DNA of 64,000 bases from Raja brachyura. Taxonomy: Eukaryota. Position numbers and translations under genes: made by a program. Within the stretch, counting starts at the first letter, position 1. The number at the start of each line of letters is the position of its first letter. The notes below the pieces were generated by a model. The model searched no databases. It was given only the letters and a program-made list of their open reading frames with translations, and was not told where the DNA came from. Of this stretch, positions 13,309-22,869 are shown in pieces. Where the stretch lies: assembly GCA_963514005.1 (NCBI GenBank), contig OY740782.1, forward strand, positions 84,072,001 through 84,136,000. Direction: 5' to 3'.

Positions 13309-13560
13309 GTTACACAAAAAGCTGGAGAAACTCAGCGGGTGCAGCAGCATCTAAGGAGCGAAGGAGATAGGCGACGTTTCGGGTCGAGACCCTTCTTCAG
13401 ACTGGTCAGGGATCAGGGAAACGAGAGATAGAGACAGTGATGTGGAGAGATAAAGAACAATGAATGAAAGATATGCAAAAAAGTATTGATGATAAAGGAA
13501 ACAGGCCATTGTAAGCTGTTTGTAGTGTGAAAATGAGAATGAGAGTGAGAATGAGATGGA
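13309..13560 (-). mobile_element. Penelope-type element fragment with intact minimal hammerhead core
   Basis: Minus strand ctgaagaagggtctcgacccgaaacgtc at 13373-13400; flanking direct repeat taaatacaatggagg (13294-13308, 13575-13589). Confidence 0.65.
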
Positions 13561-15304
13561 GGTTCATTACATACTAAATACAATGGAGGTTCATTACATT
13601 TAAAGCATTGGAGAGAATGCTGATGTTACTGAGAGATTCCAGGATATGTCACAGTGGGGCACCTGGGTGTGTATTAGGACAGCCTGCAATAAAGACAATG
13701 TCACTTGAGGTTGAGTCCATTTCTTTTGTATCCTCAGTCTCTGAAATTTGTGTATGGCCGGCTTTGAACCCAAGGTCCTCAAATGATCATTTAGGCTGCA
13801 TAATAAACTCAACAAAGTTGTGGTTCTGAATCCCATTGTTTGGAGGAACTCTAGAAGGTGCAGGGAAGTGCAGGAGCAGACATGAAGCCCGTAATGATTT
13901 CTTCACCAGAAATAGAATATAACTGTTCAACTCGCAAAAAAATCCAGTTTAACAAGGAGAAGCACATACAATGGTAACATGTAAGAGAATCGCAGCAGCA
14001 AAACCAAAAATAGTTTTCTATGGGGAACAATGCCAGAGTCTAATACGGTTTTCTTCATCTCATTCAAGCGTACTTCCATTGCAACAACTCCAAAAGCTGT
14101 TTCTACTTTGCTGCATCTAAAACTTTACCAGCTAAGTGTCATCCAAACAAATTTTGAAACTCGAGAACGGTATTCCTGGGAAGAAGCGGACCAATCTGAC
14201 TGCAGAAAATATGTTATGCAATTTACTCCATAACTCATCCATAACTCTTGCATGGGTTTTTGAAGGCAGAAGTATCGAAATCCACTTGTCTTTATCAAAA
14301 CAGCTCATTAAAGGTGGTGCGGAGAAAGGTAATTTGTCGATAGTAAGAGGTTACTGACAAATTGAAGCAGAAACTTTATACGGTTGGAATGTTGGTATCA
14401 AAATCGAGGTTCATATTTAATTATGGAGATTTCTCATTGGTTTCTTCTTTGGTACTCAATATACATTGTTTTTAGATTAACAAATTACAAATTCTTAGTA
14501 GGTTAACCTTATTCCAGCTATCTAGTTTATATCAGCAGCAATGTTTATATCAGTAGCAATGTTTTTGCTGGTATTAATCAAAAGAAACATTGATATAATG
14601 AATGAATCTTTATTTCTGTATAATTTATCTAGCAAATAAATGTTCAGCTGAACTTGAGGTAGAATTGTCATCCATAGGAAAGATTAAAGCATTGTTTAGG
14701 ATTTCACCTCAAAAAAAAGTTAAACTGGTATAATCGCCTGATTCCCACAGATTCACACACTTTACATTAGAGTACCTCAAAACCAACAGATGTCAGATTT
14801 GATCGCTTTAAAGTCTTATTGCCTGACTCTTGTTACTTAGCGATTATCTTTTTTTACAAAATGTTTGTATAAGATCTGTATAAAATTGTACGTATCAATA
14901 TAACTTGCACTTTTTGTATTATTTACCTGTAGAGTGTTTCAACTTTACTGTAGTTTCTAATCTTTGAATTTTTTTAATCGAATCCTGCTGCCCAAACTGA
15001 ATTTCCTATATACTACAAAGTCCCACATTAACAAAATAGATTCCTCTCCAGATTTCTACGGCTCAATTTGAGGGCCATGCAACTGATGAAATATTAAAAT
15101 CAAAATTTATTTTAATTTATAACCAGTTTTAATGGGTTTTAATTTGCTGAAATGAACATATCTTTATCTGTAAAGATCCATTGGCATCTGCTTAATATAA
15201 TCATCACTGTTCGGCTAACTTGCCATAAGGCTAATAATAATTGCCATAAGGCTTAAAATAATAAATAAATAAATAATTGTTTACAAGTCTTGGTATTCAG
15301 TCAG

Positions 15305-15822
15305 TGGTATTTGCATTTATTGATTTTTGGCATTTTATTCTCAGCCATTAAATCTGATTATCTGTTATTTTTTATATTAAAAATAAAATAATTGTTTTAG
15401 CCTGTATTTGATTATCAGTTTAGTGGAGAAAACTGTGAGACTTATATCACAGTCTTAAAACAATTAGTTACTGTGTTTGATTGCAGTACATCTTATACTA
15501 AAAAAAAGAATCCACTTAATAATAATGATTAGTGATGGTTGCTGAGTTCTAAACACAAACTGGTTTATTTAACAATAAGTGGCTTTCAGTAGAATGTTGT
15601 ACTGAATTAATTGCTTCTATTTCATTAACATCACAAAATTAACAAAGATGTTGAATCAATGTTTTTTCTCATAAACACTTTGATAGTTTGGTTTGAGGGA
15701 TTAGAGTAGCTGTAAGAAAATATTGTGACAAAGTGGATTGGAGAGTGTTGTTTCAGTTTGAGCTTACTGTCAGATGGTAGTCTACCTGTCTGTCACAGCA
15801 ATTGGACCCTATCACAGATTAA
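15305..15822. promoter_or_regulatory. Candidate distal TRbeta2 enhancer (ThrbCRM1-like ONECUT + OTX motif cluster)
   Basis: ATTTGCAT 15309-15316; TTATTGATTTT (ONECUT AAAATCAATAA on - strand) 15317-15327; AAATCT/TGATTA 15350-15360; GGATTA 15698-15703; CAGATGG E-box 15771-15777; repeat-free block. Function is inferred. Confidence 0.45.
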
Positions 15823-16380
15823 AGGGCCTGTCCTACAAGCATGCAACTCTATGCGATGAACGCGATCAAACTAGAAGCGGGAGCCGCGCGGAGGTCGGGT
15901 GATCCCCTGTACAGGGCCGTTCCCACCAGCATGCGCCTGCATGCGGCAAGCGCGACCAAACCGGCAGCTAGGGCCGCGCGGAGGTCGGGTGAGTGGCGTA
16001 ACGCGGCGCAAAGTGAGGCGAACTTGGAGCGAAGTCTAAGGTAAGTTCGCCAGGACAGAGAGGGGCACAGAGGCACACACACACAGAGGGCCACGGAGCC
16101 ACACACATAGAGGGTCAAGGAGGCACCTACAGATAGGTTCACGGAGGCACGATGTCGGGGCGGTGTGTCGAGGCGACTGCGAGCCGACAAGCCGTTGCCG
16201 CGCCGAATTTTTGAAGATAGTCAGTTTTTCGGAGCCCTGCGCGATGTCGGGACGAACTCCGCACAATTCCGCACGGCTCCGGCGATCGAAGTGGGACCGG
16301 CCCCGCGATGCCGGACGGCTCAAGCGACCACGTTAGGTCGCGCTAATCGCATAGAGTTGCATGCTTGTAGGACAGACCCT
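15823..16380. mobile_element. PIF/Harbinger-like MITE
   Basis: About 35-bp TIRs aggg(c/t)ctgtcctacaagcatgcaactctatgcgat; TAA TSD at 15820-15822 and 16381-16383; CpG-rich, so probably young. Confidence 0.9.
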
Positions 16381-16399
16381 TAAGGGTTTTAGCTTTGGT

Positions 16400-16500
16400 T
16401 GTCTGAAGAAGGGTCTCAACCCGAAACGTCACCCATTCCCTTTTCTCTAGTGATGTTGCCTGTCCCGCTGAGTTACTCCAGCTTTTTGTGCCTATCTTTG
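16400..16500 (+). mobile_element. Penelope-type fragment with hammerhead core
   Basis: ctgaagaagggtctcaacccgaaacgtc at 16403-16430, followed by the family tail ...cccgctgagttactccagc. Confidence 0.65.
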
Positions 16501-16794
16501 GTTGTCATTCATCCGCTGGGGTGGAAGATTGCCCGGTTTCGACTAATGCAATCAACCCGGCGTACACAATCAAATAAGAGAAAATAGTAAGATTAAATGA
16601 GAACTTACCAGTTTGAAGTTTGATCTTTATTTTATGAGGAGTTACGATGAGGGATTACGTGAAGACCCCGCCAGCAAGCATGCGCGACATTCTTCAAAGC
16701 AGTGGTGTGAAATCAGAGTAGACTAATATAGTAAGATAAGAGAGAACTTTCATACCAGTTGAACTTTATAATAGAGGGTTTTGGGAGCGGAGGG

Positions 16795-16906
16795 CACGTA
16801 ATCCCTCATCCTAACTCCTCATCAAATAAAGATCAAATTTCAAACTGGTAAGTTCTCATTTAATCTTACTATTTTACTTCGTAGTCACTCACGTGACTAC
16901 GTGAAG
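16795..16906. repeat. DIRS internal complementary region (ICR)
   Basis: cacgtaatccctcatc...aaactggtaagttctcatttaatcttactat is complementary to the terminus at 16584-16661, and is fused to tttacttcgtagtcac...gtgaag, complementary to the terminus at about 20777-20814. Confidence 0.9.
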
Positions 16907-17062
16907 ATTTCAAAGCTCTGTCATTTCATGCCCTGGAACGAGTCCATGCTCACACACTGCCATTCTAGGAAAGGAGGATGAATGTATTTCAGACATGACA
17001 CTGTGCTGAAAAATAAAGAAGGTATTTATTCACACCAAAATAATATCCCCACATTGGGTAAT

Positions 17063-17935
17063 TTATTTTACAGAATTTAAATTTTTCCCTGCAAACGTGT
17101 CAGGAGCGGCCACGGGTTTATTATAAAAGCATTGAAAAGCCTGTTCATTGCTCCAACCCGCTGTGGCCAGGATGTGGTCCATAGGAACTTCCATCATCCC
17201 AGCCGCCGATGGAGATGCAGTCCTGGTGGAGTGAGATTTGAAAACATTAGTATCCACGCCCGCTGCATCTAATACCACCCTTAACCATCTGGAGATGGTT
17301 TGCACCGTGACTTTATGGTGACTTTATGGCTTATGAGTAAAGCTCTCGCCGTGCTCCTAAGAGTCTTAGTGACTTGTATATATTGTAAAATAAGTGTCAC
17401 AATGCAGAGTCGACTATCTGCAGGATAGGCCAGAAATTCTAATTTTTGGCCAGATGAACCGGGTCGGTCTTGTTTAAGTAACCCCTGTATAAGAAAGGTT
17501 ATCTTGCCATTTGTGATATACATGGCGTCCATACTTAATTTGTGTAAGGACTGGACCTGTTGTGCTGATACAAGTGCCATAATCATTACCATCTTGTATG
17601 TAAGTTTGTCAAAGGTGAGCCCCGTTATGGGTGTCCATCCTCGTAACACAGTTAAAACTATGCTTATGTCCCATGTATGGGTGTATCTCGGCCTGAGGGG
17701 ACTAGAGTTAAATATACCCCATAGTTTAGATACTAGTGGGTGTGATCCTATAGCCAGGTGATCACTCCCTCTGCCCAGATAATTAGATAGGGCACTCCTT
17801 GCACAATTAATGGCACTGTAACTCAATCCTTCATCGAAATGAAGGGTAGCCAGAAACTCCAGCACTTCAGTGATGGTGGCTGAGTCATATGTAGTGTTCG
17901 TCCTGGTGTAGAACACTTCCCATTTCCTGACATAT
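17063..17935 (-). pseudogene. DIRS tyrosine recombinase (frameshifted)
   Basis: SYSAINCARSALS; HPLV; PRYTHTWDI; ALVSAQQVQSL; FKSHSTRTAS; ATAGWSNEQAFQCFYNKP. Confidence 0.9.
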
Positions 17936-17939
17936 GGGT

Positions 17940-19384
17940 CTGGTTCCCAAGCAACATATGTTGGTAGTTGGTGATTTAGTCTGGATGCAAAAAGGTCAAT
18001 ATCTGGTGTCCCATAACGTTCTATAATATCTGTAAACACTTTCCGATCCAACATCCATTCTATGTTGTCGTTGAATTTGCGTGGCCACTGTATTTAGCTT
18101 ACCTGGAAGGTAAGTGGCTGAGATCCAAATCTCTCTTTCCAGACACCAGTGCCAGATATTATTAGCCAATTCATCACATGATATCGACCTTATTCCACCC
18201 ATATGATTAATATAGGCCACCACTGTGGTATTGTCAATTTGTAACCTTACATGCAACTGGTGCATATCTGAACAGTAGGCCCTGAGTCCATGAAATGCTC
18301 CCAGCATTTCTAGATAATTAATCCCTAGTGCTTTAAACAGGGTTAATTCGTGTGCACTCCATCTGCCTCCACAACTTGTGGTGGTATTAGTTGCTCCCCA
18401 ACCTTTAGCACTGGAGTGGTCCAAATTGTGCTGCTGGGAACGCAGCCACTAATTTCCCAATCACTCTGGCTACTTGCCGAATGGATGGTTCCCTGATGCC
18501 AGTGAGTCTTCTGCATGCTTCTATCAAGTCCATCACTTTGTTAGGTGGCAAGGTGATAGACATTTGCACAGACTCAATAGTGAACCCCAAATAATCCATG
18601 GTAGTGGAGGATTCCAATTTTGATTTATCTGGATGTATGATAAATCCCAGCTTTTGAAAAAGATGTTTTGTGGCTGATACTGCCAATGTAGCCATCTCCA
18701 AATTCTCACCTACAATGAGAATATCATCAAGATAAGCCATAACGATATGGTTGTGTTCCCTTAAATAAGCTAAACCTGGTTTTAATAATTTTGTAAACAG
18801 CCTGGGTGCCGATGATAACCCTTTGGGTAAGGCCTTATACTGCCAAAGCTGTCCCATCCAGACAAATTTCAGGTATTTACGATGATCCTTGTGTATTGGT
18901 ACTGAATAGTATGAATCTTTAAGATCGATGCAAGCCATGTAGTACCTATCAGAAATTAGCTGTTTAGCTGCGACAAACGTGTCCATTTTGAAATGGGCAT
19001 ACTGAACGGAATTATTTAGTTCGGTCAAATCTATAATGATGCAGCAACCGCACCTTTTTTGTTTTTTGTAAATATATTTGATACGAACTCTTGAGATTCT
19101 CTGATTGTCTTCTCAATTACCCCTTTTGTGTTTAGTCTTAACAGCTCAGCATGACCTGCTGTTCTTTCTTTTTGTGAAAGTATGAACTTCCGGCTAGGCG
19201 TATGCTGAACTAGGATGGGGAGTTCGTATACAAATTCAATCTTATAACCCTGAATACTTCCGAGTATGTAAGGATCAGAGGTAAAAGTGCACCACACATG
19301 ATGAAACAAGTGCAGCCGTCCACCAACTTTTGATGAATCTAAATATGCAATGTTTTTGAGGGAACCAGACCCACCTACCTCCAT
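17940..19384 (-). pseudogene. DIRS RT / RNase H (frameshifted)
   Basis: VGGRL..F...W; IDLKDSYYSVPI; LPKGLSSAPRLFTK; AYLDDILI; INYLEMLG...DNTTVVAYINHMGG; YLPGKLNTVA; DIDLFASRLN. Confidence 0.92.
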
Positions 19385-19548
19385 GGTTACTGCCGGTGTT
19401 GTGTGGGTTGTCTCTGCCCTTGTTTCTTCAGTTGTTGTGTTGCTGCGTTGTGGGGTTGGCGCATTTTCCAGGAAGGCCGGGCTGGGCCATGGTCTAAAAA
19501 AGACCGCTGTGCAGGTGGGCCGGCCTTCGAGCTTTCACCACCAGATGG

Positions 19549-20607
19549 TCAATCATAGTACCGTTGTCTGGTGGATGTGTAGGGGTGCTGCCGCTGCTGA
19601 TAGTGGGTTTTTGAGGTGCTTGGTACCTTGATGAGGCCTATAGCCTTGGCCTCCTCATCCAGGTCTTTCACCCGCTTCGGGAGGTTGTCCCGAAACAGCA
19701 GATTTGGCGGCTGAGTGCTACTGGTCCTGCATAATCCCACGAATTTGGGATTAAGTGCAGATTTGATGATGCTCTTTCTGTAACTGTTAATCTCGAACTG
19801 AGTATTACACAGTAATGCTAAAGCATCTTGTAGCTCTTCAGGCATCTCAACCCCAACAGCTGTCCTGGTCACTGCTGTGATTCCAGCAACCAGCAGTTTA
19901 AGGATCCTCTGGAGCTTCACCTCCTGGCTCCTTATAGAAGGGCTCATGTTGCCCCAGATGGGGTTGTTGACTGCTGGTACATTGAGAGAGTTACAGTTCT
20001 CTGGAGCGAGATATTTCTCAGCCGTAGTATTAATAGCTTGTTCCTGCAGCTGGTTTGTGGCCATGTAATTTATACTGGCTGCCAGCTTTGGGTGTATCGG
20101 CAGTCCTTTTTGTGTTGGTACAGCATGTTTGTTTACCATGCCCAACAATTCTTCTGGCACCCCTAACACAGTTGGTTGTTCAGCCATTGCCCCTTCTTCA
20201 GGGTCAGCCCAGCACTGACCCCTAATGCTCCCCTGCGAAGAGGGTGAGACATTTCGCAGTCCTTGAATGGATCCTGCCGTGGGTCTGCGAGGAGACCCAC
20301 CGTGACTCTGCCCCTGCCTAAGCAGTTCACGCTGGAGCCACTGCTCCATCAACTGCTCCATGTGGGAAAGACGCCCGCCGTCGCTATCTGCGAACGGGGT
20401 GTCTTCGGGTCTGGACCCAGCCGAGTCAACGATCCTGTCCGACTTCCGGGTGGTTTTGCCGCCCGACCGCGGCGCACATGCGGTCTTAATTGACAAGAAG
20501 TCGGGAGCTGCTGGTAACACCTGCAGCTCTGGAGTAACGGCACGCTGCTGGCGGCTTTCCATAGCAGCAGATTTTGCCGCTGCTCTCTTGGATTTACGCG
20601 ACTCCAT
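19549..20607 (-). pseudogene. DIRS ORF1 (gag-like)
   Basis: Long open frame from MESRKSK...; PENCNSLNVPAVNNPIW..., ALALL...INSYRK..IKSALNPKF..LC; position typical of DIRS ORF1. Confidence 0.75.
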
Positions 20608-20874
20608 AGTGCTTTTTCCTCTGAAAAACAAAATACACCCAATCGCACACGCTCACCAGACTGGTGAGACTTACCTTCAGTAAGTTTTTAAACTTACGCT
20701 GGAGGAGCGGCGCTCCTCCCGACTGTCGCTTCCACAATGCGTTCGACGATATGTCGCGCATGCGTGCTGGCGGGGTCTTCATGTAGTCACTCACGTGACT
20801 TCGAAGTAAAATAGAACATGTTGTCCTACAACATTAGGCTGTGCATGCTATACGCAAAAAGAAGAAGATTCATC

Positions 20875-21089
20875 TGCTTCCTTATTTGCATGTTCATCAA
20901 AAGGGAGTGTTGGCAACACCTATATATAAATTGGATTTCGGCAAATAGAGATGTGCATGCACAAGAAATGTGTAACTTTGATATTCTGAAAACTGATATA
21001 CCTCTTTTATACCAATATTTTTCACAAGTTAATCGGTCCCCTTAGTTTAATTAGAAAGTGTCATATAATCTTGCAGAAATATCAGTAAA
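20875..21089 (+). promoter_or_regulatory. Putative TRbeta2 core promoter / 5' leader
   Basis: Perfect octamer ATTTGCAT at 20884-20891 and TATA-like TATATATAAA at 20921-20930, directly upstream of the beta2 ATG. Confidence 0.55.
20951..20989 (+). other. Upstream ORF MCMHKKCVTLIF* in the TRbeta2 leader
   Basis: ATG TGC ATG CAC AAG AAA TGT GTA ACT TTG ATA TTC TGA, starting 139 nt upstream of, and out of frame with, the main ATG. Confidence 0.5.
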
Positions 21090-21399
21090 ATGAACAACTG
21101 CATGCAAGATATATATGAGGCACGAGCAACATTCAATGATGAATGTTACATGCAAGCACAGTATAGAGAGGACAACCAGGTTTATGGCTGTTGTAATGTT
21201 TTAGCTCCTTACAGGAATAACATTTGCGTGGACCAGACCTGGATAGTGAATCAGCCTTCCAGTTTCCCTGGAAACGAGTTCAAAAACGAGTATTGTAACA
21301 TGTATTCAAGTATGAATTGCTTCGGCCAGGCTGAATATTTTAGTGACAGAAAATATGTTTTTTGTCAAGATGAATCACCATTGTTCTCTTCGAAAAAAG
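21090..21399 (+). CDS. THRB: Thyroid hormone receptor beta, TRbeta2-specific first coding exon (A/B domain)
   Basis: Translates MNNCMQDIYE...CYMQ...NNICVDQTWIVNQP..FPGN.FK...QAEYF...SP.FSSKK-G, collinear with the recalled mammalian TRbeta2 N-terminus (MNYCMQEIYE...NNIYMEQAWAVNQP...YPGNMFK...QPEYF...SPSYSQKKG). It ends at a phase-1 donor G|gtatag that joins in frame to [11 protein letters not shown]. Confidence 0.93.
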
Positions 21400-21950
21400 G
21401 TATAGTCCATTGTTAGATCTATTTTTAATCTTCTGATTTGCCCCTGTATGTTTACCATTAATCCTGAATTGAATTGGCTGTTGAATGTTTTGCGGTGCGT
21501 GAGGATTTATCAGATGCCTGACACCCAAGTTCATGCTTGTGATTTTAAACTATTTTAATGTGAAATTATGAAGTAATTACTTTTGGTGTATTTTAACAAA
21601 AGTATTAAAGTATAAGCTCTTAATTTGGCAAATAGTGTTTAGGATTCTGCAATGGTGTGCTGTAAAATTACTCGTCATTCTGTAACAGGTTAGCCAATCA
21701 AAATTTCATTCATAATTTTTAGCTCAATGTTGAAATGCAAAGGTGTCTAGTTTTAATATAGTACAATCACACCACACTTTATTATAGGAAAAAAAAAAAT
21801 TAACTAAATTCGTCGGGAGCTTAGTGCTGTACACTCTAATTTATTTAAAAACGTACGTATATTTTATTTAATCTGAGAGAAAATAAGACTTCACAGTGCA
21901 AAGATTTAACAGCATTTCTTATCCATTGATGTCATTTCTAGCTCATACAT
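21400..21950. promoter_or_regulatory. Candidate intron control region downstream of the TRbeta2 exon
   Basis: Position matches the mouse Thrb ICR; TAATCT 21426, TAATCC 21459-21464, GGATTT 21503-21508, CAGATG 21511-21516, CCAATCA 21694-21700. Confidence 0.45.
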
Positions 21951-22869
21951 ATTTGTACCAATCTTTGTGATTTGTTTTAATAATACTGAAAAATCATAGT
22001 GCCTTGACACATTGCTGGAGGATTTTTTTTTAATGAAAGCAAAGTAAATCAGAAAGTAGTGATTTGCCAATACCAAACACCGTAGTATGAAATGTTTCTC
22101 CAGAGTTCTGATGGTGTAGTGGGGATTTGAAACCTGGATGGCGCACAAGGTGGGCACTTAATTAAATAATATCATATATAGGAAAGGATGTGATAGAACG
22201 AGATGGGCTGAAAGCTAGAATTAAAGATAAATCGTCTATCAGGTGCCCATAAATAGTATTTTTTGTCTGTCCAGTATTATAAGGAAGCTGTGAGAGCATC
22301 CCTAGATTTGTGCAAATCATTTTTTCTTGGTTGCGTATTGCTTTGTAGAAAAATAAGTCATGGGGAAAAAGCAATGTTTGGTGCAGACGGGTATCTGAAC
22401 TTTGCAAAACAGAATCAGCAAAAGATATGGGGAAAACAATTAAAGGAGAGCCAGCAGATATGAGAATTGTGACCCAAAATCAGAGTGAGCAAGTATGAGT
22501 GTGATGGGTGCACGTGGCTTGTTGCAGATTCCAACCTAGGCAACAGATTCAGATAAACTCATCACAGAAGAAAGTTATATAATTAACTAGACTAAGTGGG
22601 ACCCATTGGGTCACATGGGAGGGCTGGTTCCCCAACGCAATATTCCACCTCTCCACCAATTGCAATATTGGTGGCCAGTGGGGCGGGGGGGGGGGGTTCT
22701 GGAGTGCTAGTATGGGTGTTGTGGGCTGAAGGGACCGGTTTCCAGAGAGCTAGTGTGGACATTGTGGGACAAATGGATTCTTGGGGTGACAGCTCGGTCA
22801 CTCAAGCCTGATGTGCTGGCAGCTCACTCACTGCTGGTGGGCGGGCAGTTGATTCACGGCTATTCCTTG

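Larger units (their letters stand above)
16584..20814 (-). mobile_element. DIRS1-like tyrosine-recombinase retrotransposon, near full length, inactive
   Basis: Inverted termini sharing gaagaccccgccagca.gcatgcgcgacat (about 16661-16690 vs about 20751-20780); internal complementary region about 16795-16906; gag, RT (YLDD), RNase H and YR ORFs on the - strand. Confidence 0.95.
16514..20867 (+). mobile_element. Short retro-inserted element split by the DIRS insertion (halves 16514-16587 and 20815-20867)
   Basis: The joined halves align to the intact copy at 58861-59007; gaagaag tail; 7-bp TSD attcatc (16507-16513, 20868-20874). Confidence 0.8.

Noticed and set aside
1-15300. Search for a TRbeta1/beta0 first coding exon
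   Set aside because: No ORF with recognisable similarity and a phase-1 donor was found; it probably lies upstream of the window.
15841-16383. Ala/Arg-rich ORFs
   Set aside because: They are internal to a MITE bounded by TIRs and a TAA TSD.
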